Assembly (NCBI GenBank): GCA_903813345.2
Contig: CAIIXF020000001.1
Span: 31,062,001-31,126,000, forward strand
Direction of reading: 5' to 3'
DNA from: Owenia fusiformis
Taxonomy: Eukaryota
DNA: 64,000 nt
Part shown: positions 1-11,352 of the stretch, in pieces
Layout: each line of letters starts with the position of its first letter
Numbering within the stretch: the stretch's first letter is position 1
The notes under the pieces: generated by a model
Database searches by the model: none
What the model was told of the DNA's origin: nothing
Seen by the model: only the letters and a program-made list of their open reading frames with translations
Made by a program: the position numbers and the translations under genes

Positions 1-261
1 AAGTGAGATGTTTTATGTTATCTACATGTAGTTCTCGGTCCATCTCAGGTTCTGAAGTACCCTTTGCATTCTTTTGACTTCGCTTCTTAAAGAGATCCTT
101 GTCTACTGTAGTTTATAACTAGACTCTGCGCGCAGGGTAATTCTGATCCTTCAATGAAAAAGTTAATCGTTTTTTTGTGGAAGGTACATGTATTTCAAAA
201 CAAAGAACTTTGCCAGTATTATAAATGCACGAGCGTATTGTATTTATGATATTCTATCCAG

Positions 262-3200
262 GTTAAATGGTGAAATAGTTGATACTACAAATGACAAAGT
301 TGATTTCAAGAGGAATAGTGGTGTACATATGGTGATATCAAAAAGCAATGGCGAAGACGGTGTCATGTTGGTTACAGTTCAATACAATACAGGTACATTC
401 TTTGTTTTCTCCATTGTATCATATGAAAGAATTAAAAATCCCTTATTTTGTTGCATTAGACTTAACAAGCTCCTGCATATTTTCTCCAATATTGATGTGA
501 TTGTCTCCAAAAATTGAAAGTCAGTTAAATTACAATTGCTCAAAAATGTGCACATCTGATTGCATACATATTTACAAACTTTTTTGTGTTTTCCTCAACC
601 GTATGCATAATTGCATGTACTGGTACATTACATCATTAGGGGTAATGGTCACTGCATATGTTCGATATAGTGCTAAAATGAAGCGACAGTATTTGAATAT
701 GGTTCTGCAACTAACATCTGCATTCACTGGAAAGACTTCCGGTCTGTGTGGACTCATGGATGACGATCCAGTCAATGACTTCACCGGGCGAAATGGGGTC
801 ATGTACAACACATCCTCTATTATACAATTTGCTGAATCATGTATGTATTAAAGTATTGAGAGTGCCTTCAGAATTGTAGAATAGAAACATTATGAATTAA
901 AGTTAATCGATTGGATATGAATCAGTTGGCTAGATTTATTTAACAAAAACTGTCTGCTGATTCTTTGCAGCAAAACCATTTAATCATTTTAGCAAATCTT
1001 GTGTTTGTGTATACAATACGTTATATGTGTTTATATTTAAAGGGCGAGTTGATGGGCCAAAACAGAGCAATTCTGGACTACAAGGGTCTTGGTCATGGAC
1101 TTCTTCAAATTTTCACCACCTTGACATCCTTGGCCCTAGCTATACTGATACATCGTTGTATTCACCAGTGTATGATATACGAGAATTTTCCGATCACCAA
1201 ATGAATGTAATGATTATTTTATATATTGATATATCCTTAGAAGAAACCCATGCTATCATCACATATTTTTATCTAATGTGTCTTTACCAGTGTTACCTGT
1301 ATTTTAGTATTTCATATACACAGCGATTGATATATATCATAATCAGAATTCAATAAAAATTAAGTTTATATGTATCCATACATATTCGTATATATTCTTG
1401 TGGGTAATACTTACAAAATTTCAAAAAAATTCCAGGCAAGTCGAGATATTTGTTCTTCAAGAAACATCGGAGATAAAAAACTTTTAGAGGAATGTATGTT
1501 TGATGTCCTTGTAACTGAAGATTCCACTTTTGCAACTCAAGAGTATCTAAAATCAGGTATGCTTCTACACCGATGTTAAATCTAGTTAGAGAATAATGTA
1601 AAATTCCGTAAAATTAGCGCAGATTCGATTACACGTATTCGTCCTGGAAGACTAGTAGTAATTTTTCCTTTCCGAGCTAGCACCCAGTATCAATATAATT
1701 TCAGACTGCCCGAGTCAATGTAGTGGACGGGGAGAGTGCATAAACTCAACATGCCAGTGTACATCGGGATGGGAGGGTGATGCATGTGAAATTGGTAAAA
1801 AAAATCAGACTAATAAAATGCAAACATCGGTTAAACGTAGGAAAGATGTGCGTAGTAATCTGTGAAATCTAAAATTCACAACTGAAAGTTAAAGTGAGAC
1901 ATAAAACCATAATAATTAAAATGGCAGGATGATAAATTCCCTGGTTTTCGACATGTTTAGGTATGTGCCCATATGATTGCATCCATGGCAATTGCACTCT
2001 TGGTTTTTGCTCTTGTATTTCCGGATGGGATGGAGAAACTTGTGGTGAAGAAGGTATGATACAAGAGCTGGAAATATATTGTTTCTCATTCTGAATTTTT
2101 AATATTTGGCTATAATTATTATCTGTCGTTTTTCAATAACCGTGTTGTCTCGATACACTACATTTCTTTAAAAACATATGCTGTAATTATATTTATTTAT
2201 AATATTGGATGATCATATTGTTGATTTAAGATCTAAAATGTTTACAAAATTATCTACCAGGTCATACTATTGCCAGTGTGTAAAAGCTAGGGAGAATAAT
2301 TATATTAATTATTATCAAATGTGATATAAGTATATGTAAAAAGGCTGTTGTCTTAATATTTTTACAAATGGATTTTTCAGCAAATTGTGATGGTGTGGAC
2401 AACTGTACAGACGAGAATCGTGGCCAGTGTGTAAAACACAATGTTTGTCAATGTCGGTTGGGATTAACAGGTACAGGACTTTGAAAAATGGTATAGTATA
2501 AACAATGCAGTACAACATCACTTTATACATGTAACATAATTACTGATTGGTTCAAATCAATGCCACTGGTCATTGGTGTCATACATTGACTTAGTGTCAT
2601 ACACATGAATAATGATGAAGATCCAAAGAAGAAAGATGATTGATTTAGAATTTCAAGCAATATTGGTGTTTAAGTGGAAACACTACATTCTATTTTGATA
2701 TTTGTTTAAATCTAATAGGTGACAATTGTAACGAGACAGCCGTATGCTTCAACATGAATAACTGCTCGGACAATGGCATTTGTGTTGACCATGATGTCTG
2801 TATGTGTGACGAAGGGTGGACAGGAGATATGTGTGACAGACCTTCTTGTGAAGCATTTGACTATTGTAATGGTAAGCATCAATTGTTACTTGTACATAAA
2901 GACCCCTCACATATGAACGAATCTACCAAATGCAGTCTTGCGATGTCAATTCTGGTAGTTGGGAACGTGAACATACGAACCGAAGAACATCTTTGCGCAG
3001 GCTTCAGAAGCTTTCCAAAAGGATATTTACACCCAAACGATGTAGTACAACGTACACATACTAATACGAATTTTACTCAATTTCTATTCGCAAGACTGTG
3101 TTTAGTGGATTCGTTCATATGTGAGGGGGGCCTTATGTATATAGAAACTACCAAGACTGAGTAATCTTGAACCAGGAAGGATACTGAGACATGTGCAAAT

Positions 3201-6148
3201 AGATTCAAAGTGAAAAGTTTTTAAGCTCATTTGTCAGTGCTTTAATAATTCCCTCACTTGCCAAATGTTAATACCCAGGTACATTACTGTTCCTAACTTT
3301 CTTCCCATACAGAACACGAACAACATGGCACCTGCCAAGGGTATGACATCTGTTCATGCAACGATGTTTGGGGAGGTACTTCATGTTCACAGCCAGATTG
3401 CTCACAAGTTGCAGACTGTTCCGGACATGGCGTATGCCTTTCACCAAATATTTGCCGTTGCGATCCAGGGTTTTATGGTGAATCCTGTGAAAATACAATA
3501 AATTGCCCAGAACTGGACAACTGCTCAGGGCATGGGCTTTGTGTGGATGAGGGAAGTCGAAAGACTTGTGTGTAAGTTTTGTAAATATTGTTTCACATCA
3601 ATGATTATATATGTTTCCTGGTTTGTTTTATTCAAATCTGTTGAATCTTAAATCACGATGACATATTATTGGATACTGTATAGTATACATTTTAGCACAA
3701 TGGCCCAAAAGTAAATAATCCAAAGCAACTGATATTAAAAACTAATCATTATACCACCGAACAAAATTCGTAGGAATACGAGGTTATCCGTTCGTCCGTC
3801 TGTCTGCTCGTATGTCCTGGCAATAACTTAAATACCAGTTGACAAATATTTTGTTCAAATGTTGTAGGCTCATGCCTTATGAGTTTAGGAACTCTACTTG
3901 GAAAGAATTCACTATGGCCGCAAAATGGCCGCAACTTTTGAACTCAATTACCAGTTTATGGTTTTGGTTCTTTTTTACTTGCTGATGCCTATGGTGCTTA
4001 AGAAGAAATTTTCGTGATGGCCACTGAAAATTAACCTGAATAGTCCACTCAATATGTATACCGTATATTATTTGAATTTCCAAACGTTGTTTCCAGTTGT
4101 GATACTGGTTTCACTGGCTCACAATGTGAAGAAGTGGACTGTACTGATCTGAACAACTGCTCCAACCACGGGTTGTGTAATGAACCAAACATCTGCACTT
4201 GCGAGGAAGATTATATGGGCAAAGACTGCTCTAGTTTCTCCTGCAAATGGCTTCTATATTGCTCAGGTCGGTTAAGTAGTTTCCCCAAACACAACAAGTT
4301 TGAGTCAAAGTCATTTTGTATTTCAGTGTTTACAAGTATTATCTGAGAAGAACTTTCGAAGTTCATGGACCACAACTATCATAATTCTTATCCGTTTTTA
4401 TGTTGATAATTGTAGGAAATGGGAACTGCACTGACATGAATAATTGCACGTGTAATGATGGATGGTCGGGTTCAGTATGTGATATCGCCGATTGCTCCTT
4501 AAGAAATAACTGCTCGAATAACGGATTTTGTGAATTTCCGAACCTGTGTACATGCTCTGGAAATTTTGATGGAGTCAGTTGTGAAATGGATATCGGACAA
4601 AATATTAATCCCCCAGTATTTGATGCCACATATTATACTGGAGTTGTTCCTGAGGAATCCCCTATTGGAACAAGCATTTATTTTGAGAGCAAACTAAATG
4701 CATCTGATGGTGACATTGGAAGAAATGCAAAGTTGAAATACAGATTTTATGAGCCTAATAGACTGTTCTCAATTGATAGAGACTCGGGTGATATTAAAAC
4801 AGCTGTTGTGATTGACAGAGAGTCTCTGGAGAATGATACAATTGACTTTGAGGTTATTGTTGAGGATGGCGCATCGCCACCAATGTCTTCCAAGGCAACC
4901 GTTATCATTCAAATAATGGATATTAATGATAATTCTCCAACATTTGATAACCCACCAAACAGACCAATCCACGTGAAACTGTTTAACTCATCCCAAATAG
5001 AATACGTAACTACAATACATGCAACGGATCCCGATAGTGGTGAAAATGGTAGAGTGGGTTACTATATCAGTGCAAATACCGATCAAGAGGCTAGAAATCT
5101 GTTCACAATACATCCTTCAACGGGAATCATCCAAGTTGATCCCTCCGCCGGGAAACTAAGTTGGAAAGTGTACAATGTATGGGTTGTTGCAACTGACAAT
5201 GGATCAAGTATCACACAGCGTAGAAATCACCTGGTAGAAATTTCTTTAAATGGGGATTTCTCTATTGTCTACACAAAAGCACCCTTCATGTCAGATATCA
5301 ATGAATGCCTGAATGGACAGAGTTGTGATGGTACGGTACTGTTTCATACATTCAACATACTTTTCAATAAATTATGTATTTGGTAATATCCGTGGCTTTG
5401 AACTGATTTAGGGTTACTCAATGATCAAACCATTCGTCCGCCTCAAAAATACATGTTGTTTGTTATATATGACTAAGAGTTATAGACAATTTATTTTGTC
5501 TTACTTCCAGCTTGTGCCCGGGACATCGTCTTCGCTCTCGACACTTCCTGTAGTATCAGAATGGACGATAAATCAAAGGTAAAGGATTTTGTTGGAGAGT
5601 TCGGTGAACTCTTCAAAATCGGCCAAAATGCTGACGAGACCCAAATAGCGGTGGTGACCTACAACGATGGGGCCGAAACTCAATTCTTTCTCAACGATTC
5701 GAAGACGCGTGCTGAATACCAGGTTAATGCCGCTAAAATTAACTTAGACCCGATTGGATGTTTGACGAAGACATATGGAGCCTTGTGGAAGATACGCACA
5801 GTTCATTTCACGGAAACACACGGAGACCGATCGGAAGTGCCTAATACCGTTGTATTGATCGGTGACGGGGTAACAGCACCTAATGATAACTCATGGCGCA
5901 CGATCAAACAGGCCAAATTGTTGAAGTCTGAAAGAGCAGAAGTGTTCATGATTCAAATTAAACTGAGGGAGAAGTATAAGAACCGAAAAAAGGTAAAGAT
6001 TGCCGCGAAGGAAAGAAAGGAAATACCGAGTGAACCGATTGAAGAGCACGCTTTTAAAATGGACTTGGGCGATCCTGTTGCTGTTGAAAATTTGGTTGGT
6101 GAACTGAAAAGCGCGATTTGTTCAAACGCGTACTGGGAAGAAAGATAA
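262..6148 (+). CDS. Partial (5' end outside window) multi-exon gene: VWD domain, about a dozen EGF-like repeats, two cadherin repeats, C-terminal VWA domain; VWDE-like, probably secreted/ECM protein
   Basis: Phase-consistent GT-AG exons: 262-392, 640-840, 1043-1206, 1436-1556, 1705-1794, 1961-2053, 2381-2470, 2719-2871, 3313-3571, 4097-4266, 4416-5330, 5511-6148 (TAA). Motifs: VWD 'GKTSGLCGLMDDDPVNDF...FAESWRV'; repeated C..C.G.G.C...C.C..GW.G..C EGF units; cadherin motifs VPEE, ASDGD.G.N, IDRE, DINDNSP, ATDPDSGENG; VWA 'DIVFALDTSCS' (MIDAS DxSxS) and 'VVLIGDG'. Confidence 0.9.
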
Positions 6149-7033
6149 GCAATGCTAGAATAAGGCATAACAGACAACTTTCAGTTGCTGAGCTTACATG
6201 TACCTCAGCAATCCCTACATTATATCCAGGATGAAAATATATTCAACTTCGAGTCGATCCTCCATCTCATGATTAATAAAGCTTCAATATATATTCTGGA
6301 GTTTCTCGACAAAATTCCCATGGGTCTTTATTTGAGACAGGGAGTCATGAAAATTAAAAAATCCTTCACTTTAAGGGCCCATGGGCGTTCTCCTCGAGGA
6401 CTTTTAAATCAATTGAAAGGAAACATAAATACGCTTGGTTGAAAAAAGAACACATGCTTTCCCTTGTTGCTATTTTAAATATTATGTACATTGGGGTAGC
6501 AAGGTATGAATGAGACAGACGAGGCAAAACACACATTGTTTACAAAACAAACAAAGACACTTTAGTCTACTAAATTGAAATTGTATTAAGAATTGGATGT
6601 TATCACAGGCTATATATATACATAGTATAGCAACTGGCTACAAAATAATTTAAATGCCACTTCATTTGTCACCGTGTGACATTTGAAACTAATTTAATTT
6701 CATAAGAAACATCAGAATGAAATTGAACATGTTTTACAATTATTAAAGTATTATATTATATCATATCCAAGAGCTGTTGAGTATTGCTGCTGGTTATATT
6801 GCATAATTATATACATTTTTTAAATTGTGATAGAGATATTTCACTATAATCTTTCTCATATAACTGTTTAAATACAGATCACATTTGGCATAAACTACTT
6901 TGTTATATTTGTTGTGTTCAATTTAACTGTTTATTGACAGATACCAGAGCCTTGATGTTCTACATTTTGTTTTCAAACATCTCTTTTCAATTTACTTCAT
7001 TTATTATGGTGTGACAGAGCGAGTACCAAAAGT

Positions 7034-7039
7034 AATAAA
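7034..7039 (+). promoter_or_regulatory. Candidate polyadenylation signal of the VWD/EGF/cadherin/VWA gene
   Basis: AATAAA followed by a T/GT-rich tract (7051-7070) about 0.9 kb after the stop codon. Another AATAAA lies at about 6275, so the assignment is uncertain. Confidence 0.35.
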
Positions 7040-7929
7040 TATTCAAATTCATGTTCTTTTTTATTTATTTCATCATTAGTGAATACATCTGTCACGCTCT
7101 GAGGCCCAGGTCACGTTCGCATGCAACATTTCCCGAAATCTGATAGTGAAAGAAGCATTGTTATTTCCCGCTATGTAAAACTTGCATAACTGATACATTT
7201 GCAGTAGTATAGGCTGCAACTTTCGACCTACAACCGGCACCGGCACTGTTCCACTTCCACGTTCCACTTCCACCGGAAGTGACGTCATAGGTCACATGTT
7301 ACAGTTCCACCGGAAGTGAGGTCATGTGATAACATGGTGCACTTGGAGTGACATAACTGGTGAAAGGTTTCTGATAACTGATAATATAATCAAACAAACA
7401 CTGTTAAGGTAACCTGGTGACTGTGTGATAAGCTATCTTGTCTACTTCATGGATGTTTCATTGTTATAGGTCAAAGGTGGATAACAAACTGATAAAACAT
7501 TAAAAAAGATAAGACGATGCACCGGAAGTGGAACTGACGTCATAGGTCACATGGTTACTGATATAACTTTCAAAGGTTACTGTAATTGATAAGAGAGAGA
7601 TAATAAACTGATAAGACAGTGAAAAAGATAACTACCATGGTTTCTGATATAACTGGACAAAGGTTACTGATAATTGATAAAAGAACATAGGTTTGAGTTC
7701 TATGCCCAATGCACAGAAATGATGTCATAGGTCACATGGTTACTGATATAAATGGTCAAAGGTTACTGATAACTGATAAGAGAGAGCTCAATTGATAAGA
7801 TAATCAAACAAACACTGTTAAGGTAACCTGGTGACTGTGTGATAAGCTATCTTGTCTACTTCATGGATGTTTCATTGTTATAGGTCAAAGGTGGATAACA
7901 AACTGATAAAAACAGTAAAAAGATAACTG

Positions 7930-8880
7930 CAGAACCATTTCAACCAAACAGGTTTTAATTTGCAGAATTATGTTAACCAATCAGAGTACAGTATATTTTA
8001 ACCAATCAGGTTTCGAGATGCAGAATCATTTTAACCAATCAGGAAACAGTATGTTTGGACTATTTTAACCAACCGGGGGACAGTATATTTTCACCAAATC
8101 AGATGTAAGAAAATCAACCAATGAGCTTGCTGGTTATAAAACTTCAGTACCGGTCTAAATTATCACATGGTAACTGATATAACTGGTCAAAGGTTACTGA
8201 TAATCAATAAGAGAGAGATAACAAACTGATAAGACAGTGAAAAAGATAACTGCAGAACAATTTCGACCAATCACAAGACTGCAATATACCAATTTGAAAA
8301 TTTTGACAAATTAGATTTGTCATATACTTCATATGATGCATAACCCGTAGAACCATGATACCACTTTACATTACTGGTCAAAGGTTTCTGATAATTGGTG
8401 CAAGATCAAGGGTTTCTGATAAGAAAGAGGTTAATTGATAACATAACCTTGTGACTATGTGTTATACCAGAAAACAGTATGTTTTAACCAATCAGGTTTT
8501 AACTTGCAGAATTATGTTAACCAATCAGAGTACAGTATGTTTTAACCAATCAGGTTTCGAGATGCAAAATCATTTTAACCAATCAGGAAACAGGATGTTT
8601 GGACTATTTTAACCAATCAGGTTTTGACTTTCAGTTTTTGTTAACCAATCAGAGTAACACGTTTTAAGGTTGATTATTTCAACCAGTCAGGTTTTGATTA
8701 TTTTAACCAAACAGGTTTTAATTTGCAGAATTATAACAACCAATCAGAGTACAGTATATTTTAACCAATCAGGTTTCGAGATGCAGAATGATTTTAACCA
8801 ATCAGGAAACAGTATGTATGGTTTATTTAAACCAATTGGGGGACAGTATATTTTCATCCAATCAGATGTAAGAAACCCAG
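7930..8880 (+). repeat. Array of degenerate 25-34-bp repeats, each with an AACCAATCAG (CCAAT-box) core, in the palindrome left arm (mirror copy about 11376-12326)
   Basis: ttaaccaatcag-type units at about 7976, 8001, 8034, 8486, 8519, 8544, 8577, 8611, 8643, 8739, 8763, 8797 and others; block 7950-8120 recurs at about 8480-8620 and 8700-8880. Confidence 0.85.
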
Positions 8881-8903
8881 CTCAGTGAAAACATTGACAT
8901 ACA

Positions 8904-9372
8904 ATGCTATATGCTATGCTACATGTCACATGCCATACTATGCTACATGCTATGCTATGCTACATGCTACATGCTATGCTACATGTTACATGCTATACTA
9001 TGCTACATGCTATGCTATGCTACATGCTATGTTATGCTACATGCTATGCTATGCTACATGCTATGCTATATGTGAAATGCTATACTATGCTACATACATG
9101 TGAAATGCTATACTATGCTACATGCTATGCTATGCTACATGCTATGCTATGCTACATGCTATGCTATGCTACATGCTATGCTATGCTACATGCTATGCTA
9201 TGCTACATGCTATGCTATGTTATGCTACATGCTATGCTACATGCTAAGCTATGCTACATGTTACATGTTATGCTACATGTGACATGCTATTCTATGCTAC
9301 ATGCTATGCTGGCTATGCTACATGCTATGCTATGCTACATGCTATGCTATGCTACATGCTATGCTATGCTAC
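8904..9372 (+). repeat. Compound (TGCTA)n/(CATGCTA)n simple-repeat tract, left arm of palindrome
   Basis: About 470 bp of atgctatgctacatgct units; source of the spurious MLHAMLCY ORFs. Confidence 0.95.
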
Positions 9373-10006
9373 CTTCATGGCAATCATAAAAAGTATAGCA
9401 TGTTTTGAATCAGATATTATGTTATGGTCAGGAAAACAATAACTGCAGAACTATTTTAAACAATCGGGGTACAGTATGTTTTCATCCAGTCAGACATAAG
9501 AAAATCACCCAGTAGGAGAATTTTTGCAACATTACAAGTTCCGGCTGGTATTGAAGTTTTATAACCAACAAGGCTCCTGAGTCATTTTAGAATAATTTTT
9601 AAATTGTCACATTTGAGCGATTTCAGTCACTGTTGGTCGATTTCTGCTAATTTTTGGAGTTTGAATCTTTTGTTGTTCGATGTATGTAAATAATTCCTCT
9701 CAGTTGAATTTACAAACAGAACCTAGGTCATTGCTACATGCTGCTACAAAGGTAGATTAACCAGTTATTTTGGACAGCGACCAAGTGTGAAGCGAAAACT
9801 GGCAGCTAACTGGAAGCCCAGCGGGTACTATTTATGTTTACATGAGTTTTCCCTCCAATTGTAATCAACCCCTCAAATGTCTAAAAAACATGTAAGTGTA
9901 CTTTTTTAGAATCTTTTTTGGAATATTTTCGACCAATCAAAGTGTATATGCAAATGAGCTGCAGAACCATTTCAATCAATCAGATCAGATTATTGCACTC
10001 TTTGAC

Positions 10007-10175
10007 CCCGCCGCCGCCACCGCCGCCGCCCCCGCCGCCGCCACCGCCGCCGCCACCGCCGCCGCCATCTTTACTTTTTACCGGGTCTGATTGCAATTTG
10101 ATAGAAAACTTATTTAAATATAAATATCACCTGCCATTAAAGGCACAACGGGTGGCGGCGGTGGCGGTGGCGGTG

Positions 10176-10206
<31 letters not shown>

Positions 10207-10250
10207 CGGCGGTGGCGGCGGCGGGGGCGGCGGCGGTGGCGGCGGCGGGG
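10007..10250. repeat. Palindrome centre: (GCC)n tract, about 84-bp unique AT-rich spacer, longer (GGC)n tract
   Basis: ccccgccgccgccacc... 10007-10066; unique 10067-10150; ggtggcggcgg... 10151-10250, about 40 bp longer than the left tract. Confidence 0.95.
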
Positions 10251-10883
10251 TCAAAGAGTGCAATAATCTGATCTGATTGATTGAAATGGTTCTGCAGCTC
10301 ATTTGCATATACACTTTGATTGGTCGAAAATATTCCAAAAAAGATTCTAAAAAAGTACACTTACATGTTTTTTAGACATTTGAGGGGTTGATTACAATTG
10401 GAGGGAAAACTCATGTAAACATAAATAGTACCCGCTGGGCTTCCAGTTAGCTGCCAGTTTTCGCTTCACACTTGGTCGCTGTCCAAAATAACTGGTTAAT
10501 CTACCTTTGTAGCAGCATGTAGCAATGACCTAGGTTCTGTTTGTAAATTCAACTGAGAGGAATTATTTACATACATCGAACAACAAAAGATTCAAACTCC
10601 AAAAATTAGCAGAAATCGACCAACAGTGACTGAAATCGCTCAAATGTGACAATTTAAAAATTATTCTAAAATGACTCAGGAGCCTTGTTGGTTATAAAAC
10701 TTCAATACCAGCCGGAACTTGTAATGTTGCAAAAATTCTCCTACTGGGTGATTTTCTTATGTCTGACTGGATGAAAACATACTGTACCCCGATTGTTTAA
10801 AATAGTTCTGCAGTTATTGTTTTCCTGACCATAACATAATATCTGATTCAAAACATGCTATACTTTTTATGATTGCCATGAAG

Positions 10884-11352
10884 GTAGCATAGCATAGCAT
10901 GTAGCATAGCATAGCATGTAGCATAGCATAGCATGTAGCATAGCCAGCATAGCATGTAGCATAGAATAGCATGTCACATGTAGCATAACATGTAACATGT
11001 AGCATAGCTTAGCATGTAGCATAGCATGTAGCATAACATAGCATAGCATGTAGCATAGCATAGCATGTAGCATAGCATAGCATGTAGCATAGCATAGCAT
11101 GTAGCATAGCATAGCATGTAGCATAGCATAGCATGTAGCATAGTATAGCATTTCACATGTATGTAGCATAGTATAGCATTTCACATATAGCATAGCATGT
11201 AGCATAGCATAGCATGTAGCATAACATAGCATGTAGCATAGCATAGCATGTAGCATAGTATAGCATGTAACATGTAGCATAGCATGTAGCATGTAGCATA
11301 GCATAGCATGTAGCATAGTATGGCATGTGACATGTAGCATAGCATATAGCAT
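10884..11352 (-). repeat. Mirror (TAGCA)n simple-repeat tract, right arm of palindrome
   Basis: Reverse complement of 8904-9372; identical translated ORFs on the minus strand. Confidence 0.95.

Noticed and set aside
8670..9442. ORFs such as MLHAMLCY.../MKTLTYNAICY... and their minus-strand mirrors at 10814-11586
   Set aside because: Translations of stop-poor simple repeats, open in several frames at once; no domain-like content.
9896..10360. Poly-Pro / poly-Ala ORFs at the palindrome centre
   Set aside because: By-products of GCC/GGC triplet tracts, with non-ATG starts and no splice context.
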